Positions 33,713 through 40,568 of a stretch of DNA of 42,227 nt are shown piece after piece (the stretch's first letter is position 1; the number at the start of each line of letters is the position of its first letter). Below the pieces are notes generated by a model. The model searched no databases. It saw only the letters and a program-made list of their open reading frames with translations, and was not told the DNA's origin. Both the position numbers and the translations under genes were made by a program. Origin of the DNA: a virus. The DNA lies in IMG/VR virus record IMGVR_UViG_3300045988_047527, one strand, 5' to 3'.

Positions 33713-34501
33713 ATGAAACGATCCACACGGATGATGCTCATGTCCAGTGGCAGCAATCGCCGCTACAACGATGGACGCAGCTATGAAAACTACGATGTTG
33801 ATGATAAATTCCGTGACCGCCGTGGCCGGGAGCACTATGACAACGGTCGGTATGCGCCCCGTTCTGAGATGATGGAGCCGAATGACCGGGGATATCATCG
33901 ATATTCTGATGGCCGTTTTGCCCCTCGCAATGATGGTGGGACGTGGGTGGAGAGCAACTACTGGGATGACCGCATGACGGGCCCTCAGTCCCACTATGGC
34001 TATCCATACTATATGCCTCCGGCCTATACTGATAGACGGGAGATGACTAGGCCCATGAATAAGATAGGATTCGCCATTTCTGGTGAGGGTGAAATGAAGA
34101 CCCCCAGGGAGTTTGAGCAGGACTACCGCATGAACGAAATGGAATACCGGAGAGGTGGAGAGCGAATGAGTGGCTATGGAGCCGCTTCCGGGCACATGCC
34201 CTTCGACCGCCGCATGGCGGAGGAATGGACCGCCAATATGGAAAATGAGGACGGCACAAAGGGGCCTCATTGGTCGTTTGAGCAGGCCAAGCAGGTCATG
34301 GCCCAGCGCGGGATCGAGTGCGACCCTGCGGAGTTCTGGGCCGCACTCAACATGATCTACAGCGATTACGTCAAGGTCGCCAAAAAGTTCAACGTGGGGA
34401 GCAATATCGACTTCTATGTGGACATGGCGAAAGCGTTCCTGGACGACAAGGACGCCGGACCGGACAAGCTCGCTAAGTATTATCAGTATGTCGTGAGATG
34501 A
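33713..34501 (+). CDS. Hypothetical protein: R/Y/D/G-rich disordered N-half plus conserved-looking C-terminal domain (cargo gene 6)
   Basis: 262 aa, SD AAGGAGGG. C-terminal segment MENEDGTKGPHWSFEQAKQVMAQRGIECDPAEFWAALNMIYSDY. Followed by a strong terminator. Confidence 0.7.
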   Translation: MKRSTRMMLMSSGSNRRYNDGRSYENYDVDDKFRDRRGREHYDNGRYAPRSEMMEPNDRGYHRYSDGRFAPRNDGGTWVESNYWDDRMTGPQSHYGYPYYMPPAYTDRREMTRPMNKIGFAISGEGEMKTPREFEQDYRMNEMEYRRGGERMSGYGAASGHMPFDRRMAEEWTANMENEDGTKGPHWSFEQAKQVMAQRGIECDPAEFWAALNMIYSDYVKVAKKFNVGSNIDFYVDMAKAFLDDKDAGPDKLAKYYQYVVR

Positions 34502-34504
34502 CAG

Positions 34505-34534
34505 ATCCGCCCTCAGAAATGGGGGCGGATTTTT
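34505..34534 (+). terminator. Rho-independent terminator ending the cargo cassette
   Basis: ATCCGCCC-loop-GGGCGGAT followed by TTTT. Confidence 0.7.
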
Positions 34535-34554
34535 CCACCACCTTTTCCACCACC
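34531..34554. repeat. Two perfect tandem copies of TTTTCCACCACC (candidate integrase arm-type sites, left arm)
   Basis: Read directly from the sequence. The same motif recurs at 34767-34790 on the other side of the tRNA-like core. Confidence 0.5.
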
Positions 34555-34612
34555 TTATGGCTTGAAATAGTCTATTTTAGTCATTTAGAGCTTTGCTCTT
34601 AGAAATGGAAAA

Positions 34613-34658
34613 AGCCCCGAAAACCCTTTAAAATCAAGGCTTTCGGAGCTTTTTTCTT
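34613..34658. terminator. Long hairpin with T-runs on both strands, abutting the tRNA-like fragment
   Basis: AGCCCCGAAA...TTTCGGAGCT pairs at 9 of 10 positions, with an inner CCTT/AAGG stem. TTTTTTCTTT follows on the + strand and TTTTTCC on the - strand. Confidence 0.55.
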
Positions 34659-34703
34659 TGGTACGGCCGAAGGGACTCGAACCCCCAACATTCAGAACCG
34701 GAA
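34659..34703 (-). other. attP core candidate: 3' portion of a tRNA (anticodon loop to CCA; anticodon CCG, Arg-like)
   Basis: The minus strand reads TTCCGGT-TCTGA-ATGTT-GGGGG-TTCGAGT-CCCTT-CGGCCGT-A-CCA. This covers the anticodon loop, the 3' anticodon stem, the variable loop, the T-arm with GTTCGAGTC, the acceptor 3' strand and CCA. No matching 5' half lies upstream. Confidence 0.6.
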
Positions 34704-34751
34704 GCAGTATATCATAAAACCATATAACCCTTGTGGCTCTAAGAGATTTCT

Positions 34752-35864
34752 TTATGACATTTCTCTATTTCCACCACCATTTCCACCGCCTATTGATCTA
34801 GTCCCATCCAATAAGGCGATACCATTATGGAGTGTTGAGCTGTCTCTGTGGGTGTAAATATTGGCGGTCATCTGAATGTCAGAGTGTCCCATGAGCTCTT
34901 TTGCCACATTGAGAGGGACACCAGCTTTTTGCAAATCGGTGCAAAAAGTGTGACGCAGACAATATGGGGTGAGATCTGGAGCTACCACAGATTCTACGAT
35001 TCGATTCCGCTCGGTCTTTGCGCCTAAGTATAAGTCTAATTCTCTTTTGAAGCCAGTCCAAAGGCGGCGCAGGCTGTTCTCATTCTGAAAGTTCCCAGCC
35101 CCGGTTGGGAATACAGGAGCGAAGGAATTTTTCTTGGCGTTCTGAAGCCTCCAAAGAAGGTCTGAATGGATCGGTATGTCCCGGACGCCGGAATCCGTCT
35201 TTGGACCTTTGATAGCCTGAGAGCCGCTTTCTTTTGCCGCGTGGACATGGATCTCATTATTTGCAAAATCCACATCAGCCCAAGTAAGGGCTGCCGTCTC
35301 CCCAGGACGCATTCCGGTATAGAGTAGGGTAAGAACCCACAGTCCAGCTCGGTGATGCTCAGCTACAGCAAGAATAGCTGCTCGCTCTTCGTCCGTTATA
35401 GAGCGCCGCTGGTGCGTCTGAACATGGGGCAGCTCTAGGAGCTCAGCTGGATCGTATGGAATAAGGCGTGACTGTCTGGCCCTCTTAAGCATTTCCTGCA
35501 TGACCATTCGCAGCTTCTTTACATGGGATGCGGATCTCCCCGCTTGCCCATTTAAAATACGCTGGAGGTGTACGTCCTTCACATCCTTGAGCTTCATGGA
35601 GCCGATGGCAGGCTTGATATATCCGTTGAACTTTTCATCGTACATACCAAGGGATTTCTTGGTCAGCCCCTTCGGGTCCTTATAGGTCGCTTTCCACTGC
35701 TTATACCATGCAGTCACAGTCATCGAACCGCCAATGGCTTCCTCCCCACGTTTGGCTGCTGCCAGCTTTTCCGCCAGCTTAGTCATGGCTTCAAGCTCTG
35801 TTTTCCCTGTTGCCTCGTACTTCTTTCCATTGTACCGGGCGGTCTTTCTGATATATTCGCCCAT
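34752..35864 (-). CDS. int: Tyrosine-type site-specific integrase
   Basis: C-terminal catalytic motifs (LRHTFCTDL and MGHSDIQMTANIYTH). N-terminal SAM-like domain. ATG 35864 lies 8 nt after AGGAGG. Adjacent to the tRNA-like attP core. Confidence 0.9.
   Translation of the reverse strand: MGEYIRKTARYNGKKYEATGKTELEAMTKLAEKLAAAKRGEEAIGGSMTVTAWYKQWKATYKDPKGLTKKSLGMYDEKFNGYIKPAIGSMKLKDVKDVHLQRILNGQAGRSASHVKKLRMVMQEMLKRARQSRLIPYDPAELLELPHVQTHQRRSITDEERAAILAVAEHHRAGLWVLTLLYTGMRPGETAALTWADVDFANNEIHVHAAKESGSQAIKGPKTDSGVRDIPIHSDLLWRLQNAKKNSFAPVFPTGAGNFQNENSLRRLWTGFKRELDLYLGAKTERNRIVESVVAPDLTPYCLRHTFCTDLQKAGVPLNVAKELMGHSDIQMTANIYTHRDSSTLHNGIALLDGTRSIGGGNGGGNREMS
34767..34790. repeat. Two tandem copies of ATTTCCACC(A/G)CC (candidate arm-type sites, right arm; inside the int 3' end)
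   Basis: Read directly from the sequence. On the minus strand they encode the GGGNGGGN C-terminus of the integrase. Confidence 0.5.
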
Positions 35865-35964
35865 TGACAACGCCTCCTATTCTGATAAAATAGAAGGGCA
35901 GATTGCCGACCATAGCTTCTGCCCCCCTTCCCTGCCCGGTGTTGGTAGCGCCGGGTGGGGATTT

Positions 35965-36789
35965 TTATTTATCAAGTTCCTTTATGTCTTTTGCTGTATG
36001 CTTGGAAATTGCAGATTTCCCTGTTTTCTCCTCTAGTTCTTGCCGGGCGTTTTTGGCGATGGCACCACCTTGTTGTGCAACCTTTTTGCTTGGCTCGAGT
36101 CCTTGTGGGTTGGTAGCTCTTGAAATTTCGGTTGTGGATACTTCCGCAAGCATATTAAGGACTAATTCAGTATTTGTCATATTGTCCCGGAGGCTTTCCT
36201 TTTTCAGTCCCTTGTATGCTTTATATTCCCCTGTAGTCATTCCAGCCCATGCTTTTGTTAATTCGTTGGTGAGAATTGCATACTCTAAGTCTTTAATCCC
36301 GGCCCGGTCCCACTCATCGGTAAGCTCTTTGCGAAATTCAATAGATTTAAGCCGTTGTGTGATCCATTTGTCGGAATACCCTTTTTTCTTGTAATTATAA
36401 AGGGCCCTTTGAATTGCCAATTCAGGATCAGCTGTTTCGTCTAAACGCTGGCTACCTACCATGGCAAGCCATTGTTTGAAAGGCTCTGCTTTAGGAGATG
36501 ATATAGACTGGATAATTCTCAACATTCCTTTTGTGTCGGTTGCTTGTACACGTCTAGATTTTCCATCAGCAGCCGTCATTGTAACCAGGGTACAAATTGT
36601 ACCCCAGTTCAAATTTAATTCTGGGTCTCTGGATTTCATCTTTTTAATATACTGTTTTACATCTGCACTATCGGTTAACGCCTCTACAACATCTTGGATT
36701 GAAAAATACCATTCCTCTTTTTCAGAATCCCAAGCTGTTCTGATTTCCTTACTTTCAAACAACTTGATTGCTGTCTTTTTATCTCCCAT
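35965..36789 (-). CDS. Bro-N domain / DinD-like (DNA-damage-inducible protein D family) protein
   Basis: N-terminal Bro-N-like region (FESKEIRTAWDSEKEEWYFSIQDVVEALT). C-terminal DinD-like region (LRDNMTNTELVLNMLAEVSTTEISRA...GGAIAKNARQELEEKTGKSAIS). Confidence 0.7.
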   Translation of the reverse strand: MGDKKTAIKLFESKEIRTAWDSEKEEWYFSIQDVVEALTDSADVKQYIKKMKSRDPELNLNWGTICTLVTMTAADGKSRRVQATDTKGMLRIIQSISSPKAEPFKQWLAMVGSQRLDETADPELAIQRALYNYKKKGYSDKWITQRLKSIEFRKELTDEWDRAGIKDLEYAILTNELTKAWAGMTTGEYKAYKGLKKESLRDNMTNTELVLNMLAEVSTTEISRATNPQGLEPSKKVAQQGGAIAKNARQELEEKTGKSAISKHTAKDIKELDK

Positions 36790-36837
36790 ACAATTATCCT
36801 TTCTAGTTTCTCATCCTCGCCCACTCGGGCGGGGCTT

Positions 36838-37074
36838 TTATTTCCCCCAAAGCCTAAAGAACCCCTTCTTCCTCTTCTCTCTCCTGTCCAGCTCTGCGTT
36901 GATCTGCTCAGTCTGCTGGATGATATGCCGCAGCTCCTCCTCTGACAGTTCCCCCTTGCGGGATTTGGCGTACATCAGAAACGCACGAGCTTCAGCACAG
37001 AACGAGTCATCGTCCAGGGACTTGATTCTCTCTACGGTCCATGAGGTGATATTTTCGGGGGTGAGATGGTTCAT
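36838..37074 (-). CDS. Hypothetical protein, 78 aa (alternative GTG start 37131 adds a hydrophobic N-terminus)
   Basis: ORF in the lysogeny-side operon. Charged helical C-terminus. Start codon unresolved. Confidence 0.4.
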   Translation of the reverse strand: MNHLTPENITSWTVERIKSLDDDSFCAEARAFLMYAKSRKGELSEEELRHIIQQTEQINAELDRREKRKKGFFRLWGK

Positions 37075-37091
37075 ATTGATAAGACTCAAAG

Positions 37092-37340
37092 CTAAGACTC
37101 CCAATGATAACCGCAAGATTGACACACGCACATACTTTTATGTGTAGTTGTTGTTTTATATCTCTTTGGACGAAATAGTTTTACAATGATGGCTGGGACG
37201 GTAAAAATAAGCCACTTAATTGGAAGCCAGTACCACCCAACAAAAACCCACCAAAGAATACTTCTGTGTTTCGTTTTCAGGTTCGTCTCGGAAACCATCT
37301 GGACGTTAACATTTTCACTCCCGCATTTCGGACATACCAT
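37092..37340 (-). CDS. Zinc-ribbon membrane protein
   Basis: N-terminal CPKCGS and C-terminal CQSCGYHW flank a Trp-rich TM region (ILWWVFVGWYWLPIKWLIFTVPAIIV). SD GGAGAA. Confidence 0.6.
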   Translation of the reverse strand: MVCPKCGSENVNVQMVSETNLKTKHRSILWWVFVGWYWLPIKWLIFTVPAIIVKLFRPKRYKTTTTHKSMCVCQSCGYHWES

Positions 37341-37386
37341 TTTTCATTCTCCTCTCTATCTTTTCCGCCCTCTGGCGGCGGGGTCT

Positions 37387-37812
37387 CTAGAAATATAGTT
37401 CGGTCGCCAAATTCCCATAGGTGTACCAGCAGACGGCCTTCTTCACGAAGTCCTCGGTCACACCGAAATACTCTGCTAAGTCCCAAAACTCCGTGTGTCC
37501 CTCCGCAACGGCTTCATCGAGGTCAACAACTGGTATCATTTCCTCGATTGCCCACTTGTCTGCCCTGTGCTCGTGCTTCTGCCGGACATCATGGGCCGCC
37601 CACCGGTTATAAAACGCCCCGGTTTTACAATGCCCAAGCTCATGGGCCAAATGGACACGTTTGCTGGCCTCATCTTCCAACACGCCGTAGTCCATTCCGA
37701 TATAACACCGCCTGTCCGTCTGTACACACATGGAGCCATTCTCCGGGATGCTGAGATACATAATGGGAATGTCTGAATCCTGCGCCTCTTGAAACAGTTT
37801 GGCAGTCTCCAT
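37387..37812 (-). CDS. ImmA/IrrE-family metallopeptidase
   Basis: HEXXH motif (HLAHELGHC). Start overlaps the repressor stop (TAATG), as in ImmR/ImmA pairs. Confidence 0.85.
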   Translation of the reverse strand: METAKLFQEAQDSDIPIMYLSIPENGSMCVQTDRRCYIGMDYGVLEDEASKRVHLAHELGHCKTGAFYNRWAAHDVRQKHEHRADKWAIEEMIPVVDLDEAVAEGHTEFWDLAEYFGVTEDFVKKAVCWYTYGNLATELYF

Positions 37813-38180
37813 TATTTCTTCTCCTTTTCCGCCTCCTCCCGGAGTTTGACCATCTGGGCGAAGCGTTTTACTTCATCATACATGGCGTCGGTGATTTCAC
37901 CGTCGCCCCCAAACAGGGCAAATTTAATATCATCGTCGCTGACAGCGCGCTCACCCTCCTGGGTGGGCGCTTTTTTTGTGTCAGTTCCTAAAAGGTACCC
38001 AACAGAAACAGCAAAATAGGCGGCCATCTTATCAGCGTTTTTGGCTGAAAGTCCATTTTGCCTACCCATTTTCAAATCTGTCAAAATACTTGGTTGTATC
38101 CCAATATCCTTACACATCCTGTACCCTGACACATTCTTTTCTTTGCACAGAGATATAATACGATTATATAAATCCGACAT
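37812..38180 (-). CDS. XRE/CI-type phage repressor (ImmR-like)
   Basis: ATG 38180 after GGAGGG. N-terminal HTH_3 (RIISLCKEKNVSGYRMCKDIGIQPSILTDLKMGRQNGLSAKNADKMAAYFAVSVGYLLG). Coupled to the ImmA-like gene. Confidence 0.85.
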   Translation of the reverse strand: MSDLYNRIISLCKEKNVSGYRMCKDIGIQPSILTDLKMGRQNGLSAKNADKMAAYFAVSVGYLLGTDTKKAPTQEGERAVSDDDIKFALFGGDGEITDAMYDEVKRFAQMVKLREEAEKEKK

Positions 38181-38237
38181 ATAAGGCCCTCCATATTTGT
38201 GCATAGTGACAAATATAGAGTTCCGTACCAAATCATC

Positions 38238-38266
38238 TTGACTATTACCGAAATCCGTGGTAATAT
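38238..38266 (+). promoter_or_regulatory. Candidate rightward (lytic) promoter TTGACT-17-TGgTAATAT
   Basis: -35 at 38238-38243 and -10 at 38261-38266. The spacer contains ATCCGTG (38253-38259). Confidence 0.5.
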
Positions 38267-38316
38267 TTAAGCATGGTCATACGGAAATCTATAAATATCC
38301 TCTTCTTGACACCTAG

Positions 38317-38345
38317 AGTATATTACACTTTTCCGTAAATGTCAA
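38317..38345 (-). promoter_or_regulatory. Candidate leftward (repressor) promoter TTGACA-17-TATACT
   Basis: -35 at 38345-38340 and -10 at 38322-38317. The spacer contains TACGGAA (complement of 38331-38337). Confidence 0.5.
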
Positions 38346-38497
38346 CAACACGATATAGGGAGGGTAGAGCAGTTAATTACTAAAAGTTGTGGAGAGGGGG
38401 TGAAGTCGAAATTAGCTGGAACGAAGTTAAAGAGTTCATATTGATTTTTTGCTATGCAGCAAATGTTGGCACGTTATTTTTTTTGAATATCAGATTC

Positions 38498-38920
38498 TTA
38501 AAAAAACTTGGCAACAAGAACTGTGGCAACAATCGCCAAGAGGCCGATGACGATAGAACTGATCGTGTTGATTTTCGACCACTTGAGGCTTTGGTGCTCA
38601 ATGTCGCTCTTAGTTTTGGCTGCATGAATTTCATCTGGTTCGTTGCGTTTATCCTGCTCCGATAAAAAAGCCAATCCTTTTGGCGGGATAACATGGTTGA
38701 TGATTTCAGGGTGCATTTTCCCATCAAGTGTACGAAGTTCCTGCTCATGTCCATTTCCATCAATATATGTCGTTCGTCCGCGAATATATCCCTCTTTAAT
38801 GCAGTCGGATAATAGTTCAAGCTCTTCATCACTTGCGTTAAATGATGGCTCATATCCGCTTTGTACCTTACGGATCATTTCTTTCATGGCGTTTCTGTAA
38901 TCTTGGTTAGAAGAAATCAT
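38498..38920 (-). CDS. YjcQ-like (winged-helix-like) protein with C-terminal membrane anchor
   Basis: SD GAGGTGA before ATG 38920. The segment SFNASDEELELLSDCIKEGYIRG resembles the YjcQ family. C-terminal TM helix is ISSIVIGLLAIVATVLVAKFF. Lies in an AT-rich island. Confidence 0.5.
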   Translation of the reverse strand: MISSNQDYRNAMKEMIRKVQSGYEPSFNASDEELELLSDCIKEGYIRGRTTYIDGNGHEQELRTLDGKMHPEIINHVIPPKGLAFLSEQDKRNEPDEIHAAKTKSDIEHQSLKWSKINTISSIVIGLLAIVATVLVAKFF

Positions 38921-38983
38921 AGTTTCACCTCAGCACAAGATTACCATAAGTAGTAATGCGCGTAAAGAGAGGAGGAAGATAAT

Positions 38984-39217
38984 TTGGCAAAACTTAGTGA
39001 ATTTGGAAAGGACATCAGCAAGCGGTTGATTGACCTGAGCAAACCACAGACCTGGTTGATTGAGGAAGTCCGAAACAAGACCGGCCTGTACTTTGACGAT
39101 TCTTATATGTACAAGATTAAAACAGGTCAGCTCTCCACGCCTAAGATTGTCCAGGCCATCAGGGATATTTTGGAGATTCAGGATTGCAATCAGGATACCA
39201 GCGCAGAAGCACAATAA
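38984..39217 (+). CDS. Cro-like / HTH early regulator
   Basis: TTG start after GAGAGGAGGA. 77 aa with an HTH-like segment (TWLIEEVRNKTGLYFDDSYMYKIKTGQ). Divergent from the lysogeny genes. Confidence 0.55.
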   Translation: MAKLSEFGKDISKRLIDLSKPQTWLIEEVRNKTGLYFDDSYMYKIKTGQLSTPKIVQAIRDILEIQDCNQDTSAEAQ

Positions 39218-39287
39218 ACCGGACTATTCCATAAAAATGGAAAAATAATCCGCCCCGGACGGGGCGAGGCACGAGAAAGGAGGAGCC

Positions 39288-39551
39288 ATGCAAAGAAGAG
39301 AGACCCAGCGAACAGAAAGTGCGCTGGGCAAAGAGATAGCTGAAAAGCGTCGGCTGCTGTATGAGAGACACGGCGGGATCATGTCCCCTGTAGACGTGGC
39401 ACGGGAGATGGGATATTATCCAAAGCCATCCAGCGGGGACCGATGGGCCCAAGAACACGATGTTCCAGCCGTCCGCCTTGGAGCAAGAAAGCGAGGCTAT
39501 GAAACAGATCTTGTGGCTAAGGCAATCGTACAGAGCCGTGGGATGGTATAA
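39288..39551 (+). CDS. Hypothetical protein, possible excisionase-type HTH
   Basis: SD AAAGGAGGAG. The segment MSPVDVAREMGYYPKPSSGDRWAQEHDVPAVRLGARKRGYETDLV resembles MerR/Xis-type HTH proteins. Confidence 0.4.
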   Translation: MQRRETQRTESALGKEIAEKRRLLYERHGGIMSPVDVAREMGYYPKPSSGDRWAQEHDVPAVRLGARKRGYETDLVAKAIVQSRGMV

Positions 39552-39662
39552 GGATGCCCCCGCCCGTGGTGGCACACGGGAGAGGGCGAGAACCGATGAC
39601 CAGTGAAATCATCCTGTCCCTTGTATTGTAACACGAGGGCGGGAGGAATACAAGGAGGAAAT

Positions 39663-40568
39663 GTGAGACAGCTAAATGTTGATCCCGAATTTCGGGATAA
39701 GATACCACCCTTGTCAGCAGACGAGTTTTCCAAACTGGAAGAAAATATCGTCACTGATGGGGAGGTCCGAGAGCCGCTTGTGGTGTGGCACAACACCATC
39801 ATTGATGGGCATCACCGTTACAAAATCGTCCAGAAACACCCGGAAATCCCATTCAAGGTTAAGCAGATGGACTTCCCTGATAAGTGGGCGGCTATTGTTT
39901 GGATGTGCCGGAACCAGTTGGGACGGCGGAATATTACCAGAGAACAGCGCGATTACCTTCTATCTCAAGAGTACGAGGCGCAGTGCAAGACGGTTGGTGG
40001 AGACGGCTCAAACCAGTACGAGAAGAAAGAGCAATTAGATGAAAACCATCAAATTGCAAAAGGAGACACAAGAGCTGCAATAGCGAAGTCTCATAACATT
40101 TCTCAATATGAAGTTCAAAAGGCTGTTGAGTTTGGCCGTGGCCTGGACGCTGCCGAAAAGGTTTCTCCCGGCATCAAAGAGGCCGTCCTTTCCGGCTCTG
40201 TAAAAGCCCCAAAGTCTGTTATCTCTGAAATCCGCAATGCCCCAGAGGAAAAGAAACGCGAGGCCGTGGAGGCTATCAAGAAGGGCGACACGGACACCGC
40301 GAAGGCGATTCTCCGCCCTATCCCAAAGGTTGAGCCGGAGGAACCGCCAGCCCCGTTCACAGTTTCGGAGTTTCAGGAGCTTATCCATACAGCTATCAAG
40401 GCCCTGGATGCTTCTTTGAAACAGCATATGGTTCTTGTCCATCGGGAAATGCTTGATATTCCGTCTGGGCGTGACGCTGCTATGAAGGAACTGGACAGGG
40501 GAATTGAGGTCATCGAAAAATACAAAAACATGATAAGGATGGTGAGCGAGAATGGCACAGAAAATTGA
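39663..40568 (+). CDS. ParB-like nuclease domain protein
   Basis: GTG 39663 after AAGGAGGAAAT. N-terminal ParB/Srx motif (EPLVVWHNTIIDGHHRYKI). C-terminal helical/HTH region. Confidence 0.8.
   Translation: MRQLNVDPEFRDKIPPLSADEFSKLEENIVTDGEVREPLVVWHNTIIDGHHRYKIVQKHPEIPFKVKQMDFPDKWAAIVWMCRNQLGRRNITREQRDYLLSQEYEAQCKTVGGDGSNQYEKKEQLDENHQIAKGDTRAAIAKSHNISQYEVQKAVEFGRGLDAAEKVSPGIKEAVLSGSVKAPKSVISEIRNAPEEKKREAVEAIKKGDTDTAKAILRPIPKVEPEEPPAPFTVSEFQELIHTAIKALDASLKQHMVLVHREMLDIPSGRDAAMKELDRGIEVIEKYKNMIRMVSENGTEN

Noticed and set aside
34659-34735. A complete tRNA gene on the minus strand.
   Set aside because: Only the anticodon loop through CCA is recognisable. The sequence where the D-arm and the 5' acceptor strand (complement of CGGCCGT) should lie does not match. 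It is interpreted as an attP core fragment.
38387-38665. Track ORF of 92 aa on the + strand downstream of the candidate rightward promoter.
   Set aside because: It has a non-ATG start without a good SD, and it overlaps the opposite-strand ORF 38498-38920. That ORF has a strong SD and a coherent domain-plus-TM architecture. Some ambiguity remains.
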